A stretch of DNA of 59,943 bases from Octopus bimaculoides (taxonomy: Eukaryota), in the NCBI RefSeq assembly GCF_001194135.2, contig NC_068997.1, forward strand, positions 52,428,132 through 52,488,074, written 5' to 3'. Position 1 is the first letter of the stretch. Each line of letters begins with the position of its first letter. Of this stretch, positions 50,415 through 59,943 are shown one piece after another. The notes beneath the pieces were generated by a model that was not told the DNA's origin, did not search any database, and saw nothing but the letters and a program-made list of their open reading frames with translations. Made by a program: the position numbers and the translations under genes.

Positions 50415-51951
50415 ACCGCTTCTACCACCACCGACACGACTCCTACATGTAGTAGTAGTAGTAGTAGTAGTTGTTCTGGATGTTGTATAACCCAAGGTTA
50501 GTTGTAATGCGAACGAGTAAAACTATGATGAAAGCCAGCCCATCCGTGACCGACCATCCATCCCGTACCCCTGCGCCAATAACTACAATAGCAACAACTA
50601 CGTTATCACATACAATACACTCATTCCACCACCAACACCCATTAAAAAAAAAGCCAAAAAACCCCGTCGAATGTGATTTGAGATATTGCTATTATTTCTA
50701 GCAAACTAAGAGACCACATAGTGTCACCCTCTTTTCCCCCCACCCCGACCCCGGCCATGTTATGACAATATTTCCACTTTGTTTAACAATACCAATTACG
50801 TCTTATCGCTTTTCATCGTCTGTTTCCGGTTTGGTTGTCTTTTTATATTGGTTCTTTCAATTTTTCAAAACATTTTCCGCCATTTTTCTTTCATTCTTTC
50901 CTTCTTTTTCGCTTAATTTTCTTCATATTTTCTTCTGCTCCATTCCTTCTCCATTCCTTTTTTCCTTCATACCTTCCTTCCTGCCTTTTTTTTTGTTGTT
51001 TTCTTTTTCGTCCCTTTTCTTTTTTTTTTCTAATTTTCATTCTAATATTTCTTTCTTTCTTACTCTCTTTCTTTCATTTACTTTCTCTTCAATTACCCCC
51101 ACCCCACCATCTCTTCCTTCTACTCTTCTTTTCCCCTGTTTTCAATTCATTTCATTGGCTAAAATCAGCATTTTGTCTTGTTTGTTTTGTTTGTTGTTCT
51201 CTTTCTTTTTTTGGGTTTAAAAAAAATATTTTGCATTATATCCAAGCAGCACCATCATCATAACAGCATCACCCAAAGCACCATCCCCATCAACACCACC
51301 CTCACCATTATCACCCCCCACCATTATCTCAACCTCCTCCACTACCACTACCTACCCCCCCCCCCTCACCATCGCGACAATGAACATCTTTACCAACACC
51401 ATCTTCACCACCATCGACCATGGGATGGGACGCATTCTTGTCTGTCTCCTGTCAGAGCTTGTTTCTCTGCGTTCACCAACTCAACTCGTCTAGGCTTAGT
51501 AGCCCTTCCTGTTTGTTTTCACTGTTTGTTTTTGTTACCAGCTTTGACCCTCCGCAAAATCCCAAATTTTATTTAATTTGCTTTGCGGGAGCAACTGTTC
51601 TGTCGAAAACGAATCTTGTGAATTGCTCGAAATACGAAATAGAAAAATAGCCAACAACCGATGAAGGGTCGTTTTTTCATGTTACTTCTCTTGCTTTCCG
51701 TTTCTTTCTTTCGTTGTTCGCAAAATAAAGTTCGTATTCCATGTTTTCGTTTTTCGTATTTCATGTTTACGTTCCGTGGTGTCCTGTGCCCATATATGCA
51801 TGTATATACAAATATATGTATGTACATATATGTGTGTATGTATGTATATATATTTATATATTATCTATACTATTATATGATTGATCGCCAGGCATCCATT
51901 TCGAAGTAAGTTTTATCACCTCGTTCAGAGATTTAACATTGCTTGTTTTCA

Positions 51952-51988
<37 letters not shown>

Positions 51989-52038
51989 TTTATATTATAT
52001 ATATATATATATACATATATATAGACATATATATATAT

Positions 52039-52086
<48 letters not shown>

Positions 52087-52755
52087 GCATGTATATATGT
52101 ATGTGTGTATGTATGTATGCATGCATGTATGTATGCATGCATGTATGTATGTACATGGAATCATGATATTTTCAGTTCATGGTATCATTGCCTATATATA
52201 GGTATACCTTGTACGAATACTTTACCTGTTTTATACACTATCAATAAACTTTATACACCCTCCGTATATATATACTTTTCCACTTTATACCCCATCACTA
52301 AATTTATTTTACACACCATCAATATGGCTGCTCTTGTTGCTTCTGTGTTTGTTTCAAATTTTCGCTGTTCGAAATCCAATCCGGTTTCTTAAGAGATTTT
52401 TACTGCTGCAGTGACGATCGCTTAGCTACCTTCTCCACGATCAAAGTCAACAAAACGATCGTGTTAGCTGGAAAACGTAGAGACCTACATCAATAACTAT
52501 CAACTTAAACTGTTATCTGAAACTCAATACGGCCGCCCTGCCATACCCCTGTCTATGTAGAGGCACTAGATATTAGATTTATTATATGGAATGTGAGGGT
52601 TTTTCGTATGGAGGTTGCTAGAGTTGAGGTCTATAAGCATCAAAAACTGTTACATTCCTCTCCAGTACTACAAAAACCTTAAGTTTTGTGGTATATTGTT
52701 TTAAAATGTGTTAATGGTGAATATATGTTTTTACTAGTGAGATGAATACGTAGTA

Positions 52756-52808
<53 letters not shown>

Positions 52809-52809
52809 T

Positions 52810-53000
52810 AGGCGGTGAGCTGGCGGAGTCGTTAGCACGCAGGATGAAATGACGCTAAGCATTTTCATCTGCTTTTACGTTCTGAGTTCGTATTTCGCCG
52901 AGGTTGACTTTGCCCTTCGTCTTTTCGAAGTCGATAAATTAAGTAGCAGTTGTCCATAGACCCCTGCTCCAAAATATCAATACTTGTGCCTATAGAAGAA
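52810..53000 (+). mobile_element. SINE family B, diverged
   Basis: ggcggtgagctggcggagtcgttagcac head and recognisable core. Confidence 0.78.
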
Positions 53001-54404
53001 AGCAGTAGTAGCAGGAGGAAGAGGGGGAGGGGTTGTGAGGGCAGTCGATTGACGAATTCGTAAGAACGTCGGACAAAATGCTTCGCTCGCTTTAAGTTCT
53101 TGGCTCATTATCATCACCACCGCGCCATCTCAGCCACCACCACCGCCACCAGCATCACCACCACCGCCGCCACCGCCGCCACCAGCATCACCACCAGCAT
53201 CACCACCACTGCCGCAGCCACCATCAGCATCACCACCACCANNNNNNNNNNNNNNNNNNNNNNNNNNNNNNNNNNNNNNNNNNNNNNNNNNNNNNNNNNN
53301 NNNNNNNNNNNNNNNNNNNNNNNNNNNNNNNNNNNNNNNNNNNNNNNNNNNNNNNNNNNNNNNNNNNNNNNNNNNNNNNNNNNNNNNNNNNNNNNNNNNN
53401 NNNNNNNNNNNNNNNNNNNNNNNNNNNNNNNNNNNNNNNNNNNNNNNNNNNNNNNNNNNNNNNNNNNNNNNNNNNNNNNNNNNNNNNNNNNNNNNNNNNN
53501 NNNNNNNNNNNNNNNNNNNNNNNNNNNNNNNNNNNNNNNNNNNNNNNNNNNNNNNNNNNNNNNNNNNNNNNNNNNNNNNNNNNNNNNNNNNNNNNNNNNN
53601 NNNNNNNNNNNNNNNNNNNNACAACACACCCACCACCACCACCACCACCACGCCCTCCCATTGAATACTCTATCACCATCATTCCAACAGAGAATAGTCA
53701 AAAGCTAACCACCACCACCATCGACGCCTCGACTACCACCACACTCAGTCACAGACCCTCACCCCCACTCCCGCCACCCGTAGTTCTGCCCATTCCCTTT
53801 CTAAAATCACTTTTATATTTTTGTTTTCTATTTTATAAATATACACTTATTTTTTTTCTTTTTTGCTTTTTCTCTTTCCTACACGCGTGCGTGTTTGTAT
53901 AATGTCTCTACGCGCGCTTGTGTGTGAATGTATGTGTGTGTGTGTGTGTGTTAGTTTCACTTTTACTTTATTGTATGTATATGTATTTGGTTTACAAGAT
54001 TCTTTATGTGAATTCGTGTGTTGAAACATATTTTATTGTGTCTACAGAGAGTTATTCCGTTTTAATGCCTTTTTAATTCACACATTCACCGGTTCGATTT
54101 CCACTCATTTACTAATTTACTTTTTTCTAAAATTTTCGTATATATTTTGTGTATATATGTGTATAAATGTGTATATAAATGTGTATATATGTATAAAATG
54201 TACGCGCGCACACCACACACACACACACACATAAAGTGTGTAGTATAACAAAAGATCTCGTGTTATAGTTATCAATGCACGTTATCATAAGAAAATCAAC
54301 ACACACACACACACACACACACACAAATGTATATACACAGACATGTATATATAGGCATAATTATGTAGATCAATAAACATATGCCCTTATATGGCTATCT
54401 ATCA

Positions 54405-54444
<40 letters not shown>

Positions 54445-55893
54445 GTCTGTCTGTCTGTCTATCTCGTATGTATGTAAACATGAACATTTTCTTGATACCT
54501 TAATTCAAGGTATATATATTTTTATATATGTTTATACCGACATGTACGTATACGCCGTGTACGTATCTCTATGTATACACACTGTCACATTATGCATAAA
54601 CGCACGCACGTAGCACAGAAATGTAACTTTTATTACATGTCATCGTCAGCGCCTCACCATCACCATAACAACAGCAACAACAACGCCAGCACCGCCAAAC
54701 TGCAACAACAAAAACACTACACCCCCCACTGTACCCCCACCATATTGAAAATACTACCAACATCACCACCTTCTTAACACCACCACCACCCCAACAACAA
54801 CAACCACCACCACCACAATCCATCACCATCAACATCATCATTAACATCATCACTACCACCACCAACACCACCACAACTATAGTCACAGCATTACTATCAC
54901 CACAACCACTAGACATACTACCACCGTCACTGCCGCCATCATCAATGCTACCAGTATCAGTACCACCAACCACCACCACCACCACCACCATCATTATCAC
55001 CGTCGTTCGCACCACCATGCTACCTCCACCACCACNNNNNNNNNNNNNNNNNNNNNNNNNNNNNNNNNNNNNNNNNNNNNNNNNNNNNNNNNNNNNNNNN
55101 NNNNNNNNNNNNNNNNNNNNNNNNNNNNNNNNNNNNNNNNNNNNNNNNNNNNNNNNNNNNNNNNNNNNNNNNNNNNNNNNNNNNNNNNNNNNNNNNNNNN
55201 NNNNNNNNNNNNNNNNNNNNNNNNNNNNNNNNNNNNNNNNNNNNNNNNNNNNNNNNNNNNNNNNNNNNNNNNNNNNNNNNNNNNNNNNNNNNNNNNNNNN
55301 NNNNNNNNNNNNNNNNNNNNNNNNNNNNNNNNNNNNNNNNNNNNNNNNNNNNNNNNNNNNNNNNNNNNNNNNNNNNNNNNNNNNNNNNNNNNNNNNNNNN
55401 NNNNNNNNNNNNNNNNNNNNNNNNNNNNNNNNNNNNNNNNNNNNNNNNNNNNNNNNNNNNNNNNNNNNNNNNNNNNNNNNNNNNNNNNNNNNNNNNNNNN
55501 NNNNNNNNNNNNNNNNNNNNNNNNNNNNNNNNNNNNNNNNNNNNNNNNNNNNNNNNNNNNNNNNNNNNNNNNNNNNNNNNNNNNNNNNNNNNNNNNNNNN
55601 NNNNNNNNNNNNNNNNNNNNNNNNNNNNNNNNNNNNNNNNNNNNNNNNNNNNNNNNNNNNNNNNNNNNNNNNNNNNNNNNNNNNNNNNNNNNNNNNNNNN
55701 NNNNNNNNNNNNNNNNNNNNNNNNNNNNNNNNNNNNNNNNNNNNNNNNNNNNNNNNNNNNNNNNNNNNNNNNNNNNNNNNNNNNNNNNNNNNNNNNNNNN
55801 NNNNNNNNNNNNNNNNNNNNNNNNNNNNNNNNNNNNNNNNNNNNNNNNNNNNNNNNNNNNNNNNNNNNNNNNNNNNNNNNNNNNNNNNNNNNN

Positions 55894-55942
<49 letters not shown>

Positions 55943-56083
55943 GAGAGAGACAGAGAGAGAGAGACAGAGAAATACATGTCCAAGATGTAGCAATGTGCTG
56001 GCGGATGGCCGGATGGTTTCTGCGGACATTTTGAACAAGTGACCAGGAAATTATGCTGGTTCTATGCAGGACATTTGCCCTCA

Positions 56084-56360
56084 GCCGTCTGCACCAAGAA
56101 GATGGCATCAAAGAAACAGTTTAGCTACTGGGAGAGGACTAAGTAGCACTCTACTCGACTCTACCCCTTGGTACGAAGACGGGAGAAATATGCGATTCCC
56201 ACCGCATATATATATACATATACACATGGAAGAGCCTGGAGGGGCTGGCACCAAACTTTGGCATGGAGAATTATATCAGATCTCGAACAGGGCGCTACTG
56301 CACTACTGAAAGTGTCACATCCATCCCGTGTAAAGGAAGGACCAGGTACTGCAATAGCAA
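56084..56360 (+). mobile_element. Second CR1-like LINE fragment, same family as 36270-36819
   Basis: CTKKMASKKQFSYWER...RRREKYAI...WKSLEGLAPNFGMENY...TGRYC...RYCNS. Confidence 0.8.
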
Positions 56361-56405
56361 AGCTAGAACAAAGTATGGTTTCACATATCATATAATCAAA
56401 TTCGT

Positions 56406-56804
56406 GGAGGCGCAATGGCCCAGTGGTTAGGGCAGCGGACTCGCGGTCATGGGATCGCGGTTTCGTTTCCCAGACCGGGCGTTGTGAGTGTTTATTGAGC
56501 GAAAACACCTAAAGCTCCACGAGGCTCCGGCAGGAAGGGGGGGGGGCGAACCTTGCTGTACTCTTTCACCACAACTTTCTCTCACTCTTTCTTCCTGTTT
56601 CTGTTGTGCCTGTATTTCAAAGGGGCCAGCCATGTCACACTCTGTGTCATGCTGAATATCCCCGAGAACTACGTTAAGGGTACACGTGTCTGTGGAGTGC
56701 TCAGCCACTTGCACGTTAATTTCACGAGCAAGGCTGTTCCGTTGATCGGATCAACTGGAACCCTCGTCGTCGTCAGCGACGGAGTGCCAAAAAAAAAAAA
56801 AAAA
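56406..56804 (+). mobile_element. tRNA-derived SINE, family C, full length with poly(A)
   Basis: ggaggcgcaatggcccagtggttagggcagcggactcg...ggtttcgtttccc head; ends in an A-run. Confidence 0.85.
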
Positions 56805-57814
56805 NNNNNNNNNNNNNNNNNNNNNNNNNNNNNNNNNNNNNNNNNNNNNNNNNNNNNNNNNNNNNNNNNNNNNNNNNNNNNNNNNNNNNNNNNNNNNNNN
56901 NNNNNNNNNNNNNNNNNNNNNNNNNNNNNNNNNNNNNNNNNNNNNNNNNNNNNNNNNNNNNNNNNNNNAAAAAAAAAGACTGTGGTGTAGACGCAGGGGT
57001 GGCTGCGTGGTAAGAAATTTCTTTCCCAGTCACATGGTTCAATGGTGTACACGCACACACACACACACACACGCACACACACACACACACACACACGCAC
57101 ACATATACATATAATACATTCATGTATGTATGTATATACAAACACACATATATATACGTATATATACATATATATACATACATGTATATACCTACATATA
57201 TATACATGCATGTATATATATGTATATATGTATACACACATGCACACACACACACACACACATATAGGTATATATGATGTATAGTAACATGGGCTGTGAG
57301 GATTGTATTAAGATTTATTCTGATATGTTAGATTTAACGAATGTTTGTATTAATCTAGAAAACTTATTTTGGAAATTTAAATGTAAGCCTTAAAACTTCT
57401 CGATTTAAGAAACATACCATTTATTCAATTTTTATTGAAATAAGAATCTAATATAATACTGTTTAATTACAAGGGTAATTTAGTGAAATCGGATACTTCC
57501 ATAATATCTTAATTAGAACATTATTTATCATATGTATCTTTGCCCCAAAATTATTATGTGAAACTCCGATCAAACTTATATCAGTTTGAACATACTAATA
57601 GGAAACAAAATAATAAGAAAACCTACATTTTGTCGGTTCACAGATGTGCACCAGTTTCAAGCATTATGGTAACTAAACAAAAATGATAAAACTGCAACTA
57701 CATGAAGACGCCCTTATCATATGCCTAACTTCCTCAGCACCAAACCAATGGCCGGGAAAAAAATGGGAGATTTTTGGTCACATACACAGTAAATGCCAAT
57801 CAGAAGCATCGATA

Positions 57815-58025
57815 TCAGTCATTGGCCACGTGCCCTCCATGCGTCCAGGAGTCGGTTGGCTAAGACTCTCCAGTTCCTTGTGCATTGTGTTCCATGCATA
57901 GAATCAGCCAAACGCTTGTTTCCCGTATATTCTTTGATGTTCGTCAGTCTACAAACATTTCTGAAGTCCTCTTGTTCTCTTCTCTCCCACACTTCCTGCC
58001 AGTATAGTCTGGAGCATTATCTCCT
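57815..58025 (-). mobile_element. Decayed RTE-clade LINE 3' end
   Basis: LQTILAGSVGEKRTRG...(frameshift) NIKEYTG...RNWRVLANRL resembles the RTE C-terminal GKRxRGR...NIKEWTG...WR pattern. Confidence 0.65.
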
Positions 58026-59167
58026 TATATATATATAAGGAGCTTGTTTCCCAATCATAAGTTTCGGGTTCAGTCCCTCTGCATGGCTTCTTGGGCACGT
58101 ATCTCCTACTGTAGTCGGACTGCAGTTAAAAGCTAAAAGATAAAAGACGTGTGTATACATACATACATACGTACATACATATATATATAGAAATATTCAA
58201 ATGTATATATATATATANNNNNNNNNNNNNNNNNNNNNNNNNNNNNNNNNNNNNNNNNNNNNNNNNNNNNNNNNNNNNNNNNNNNNNNNNNNNNNNNNNN
58301 NNNNNNNNNNNNNNNNNNNNNNNNNNNNNNNNNNNNNNNNNNNNNNNNNNNNNNNNNNNNNNNNNNNNNNNNNNNNNNNNNNNNNNNNNNNNNNNNNNNN
58401 NNNNNNNNNNNNNNNNNNNNNNNNNNNNNNNNNNNNNNNNNNNNNNNNNNNNNNNNNNNNNNNNNNNNNNNNNNNNATATATATATATATATATATATAT
58501 AGGTATGTATATTCTTCGAAACGCTTAGTTTAGAATAGGGGCAGCTGATGAAGGAAATATTATCTATGTGGCCTGTTTGTTTTCTGTGCTCTGTTTATGT
58601 TTTGTTTTTCATTTTGTCCACGTTGTCCATACATATATGTGTGTGTGTGTGTATATTTATGTACATACGTATATACATATATATATAGAAATATTCAAAT
58701 GTATATATATATATATATATAATCAAGCGCCTTAGGGCGACTCGCCTGAACGTCTAAATACAAAACACACACACATACACACACATACATACGCATACAC
58801 ACATGTATATATATGTATGCGTGAGTGTATGCATACATACATGTAATTAGCATGTTTACTCATGGAAACGTGAGGATAAGCATACACAGGTATGTACTAA
58901 AGTGTAGAGATAGGTGTGCACATATTTTACAAGTTGTCATTAGGTGGATGTCTCTATACTACAGGTATTCGAATGTCTTCTTGCCGCAAGACAAACAGTC
59001 CTGCGAGAGAGAGAGAGAGAGAGAGAGTGAAGGCCATTATCTTTTCCCCTCTTATTCTTCATCGTCTTCACGCTACCTTATAATCATTATCATTATTATA
59101 ATTATTTTTATTATTATTACAACCAATATTATTGTTGTTGTTGCTATTACTACTACTACTATTATTA

Positions 59168-59351
59168 TTGAGTGAGATAGCAGTGTATGCCATCAAAGTG
59201 ACACTGGGGTACAAATAAACGAAGCCCGGTATTCCCATCATGACCACCCGTCTGATGAGGGTACACCAGGCACATGCATCACAACCATATGTGCGCGGCA
59301 TGGTGATCTCATATCAAGATAAACAGCGCATGACCTTGCAGGTGGGGCCCA
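59168..59351 (-). mobile_element. Retroposon 3' end terminating in an (AAT)n tail
   Basis: Complex sequence ending ...ctcactc(aat)n on the minus strand; family unassigned. Confidence 0.5.
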
Positions 59352-59380
59352 CGTTCTCCTACGTTCTGCCACATTCTGCT

Positions 59381-59530
59381 ACGTTCTGAGTTCAAATTCT
59401 GTCGAGGTCGACTTTGTCTTTCATCCTTTCGGGGTCGATAAAACAAGTACCAGTTGAACACTGGGGTCGACGTAATCGATTCACCCCGCCCCCAAAATGG
59501 CTGCCGTTGTGGTAAAATTTGAAACCATTA
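59381..59530 (+). mobile_element. SINE family B, 5'-truncated
   Basis: acgttctgagttcaaattc...ctttcatcctttcggggtcgataaaacaagtaccag. Confidence 0.85.
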
Positions 59531-59587
59531 TTATTGTTGTTGCTGTTGTTGTCCCCTCATCCTTACCCTGGTGGCAAATAAATGAAA

Positions 59588-59628
59588 TAATAATAATAAT
59601 TATTATTATTAGTATTAGTAGCAGTAGC

Positions 59629-59677
<49 letters not shown>

Positions 59678-59710
59678 TCATCATTATTACAATTATTGTT
59701 ATTATTTATT

Positions 59711-59742
<32 letters not shown>

Positions 59743-59873
59743 TATTATTACCATCATCATTATTACTATTATTGCTATTTTTATTACTATTGCTATTATT
59801 ATTATTATTGTTATTATTATTATTATTATTATCATTATTATTATTATCATTATTATTATTATTATTATTATTA

Positions 59874-59910
<37 letters not shown>

Positions 59911-59943
59911 CATTATTATTATTATTATTACTATCATTATTGT
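59588..59943. repeat. (ATT)n/(AGT)n/(ATC)n microsatellite to the window end
   Basis: Direct reading. Confidence 0.95.

Noticed and set aside
56406-56480. SINE heads (here and at 7739, 18750, 30300, 33929) as tRNA genes
   Set aside because: A- and B-box-like motifs are present but continue into repeat bodies and tails, and I could not fold a complete cloverleaf
58178-58720. Repeated atatagaaatattcaaatgtatata junction as a real tandem duplication
   Set aside because: Flanks an N-gap, so an assembly artefact cannot be excluded

Overview
Eukaryotic genomic DNA, about 8 kb of it N-gaps, saturated with microsatellites and tRNA-derived SINEs. The repeat content looks cephalopod/octopus-like (inference). 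The only recognisable host coding sequence is the terminal homeobox exon of an engrailed gene (3475-3788, +; EH3, homeodomain, EH5). Its upstream EH1/EH2 exon is not in the readable window, and the roughly 56 kb downstream has no recognisable gene. The rest is several SINE families, decayed CR1-like, RTE-type and possibly R4-like LINE ends, MITE-like inverted repeats and minisatellites. Nearly all listed ORFs are microsatellite artefacts. The most interesting signals are type I hammerhead-ribozyme motifs: one with an intact catalytic core (28281-28380), and a dispersed family of minimal ones, including a tandem pair 207 nt apart (Penelope-pLTR or retrozyme-like). A CR1-like LINE and the dominant SINE also share a 3' tail whose terminal stem-loop shows a compensatory base-pair change.
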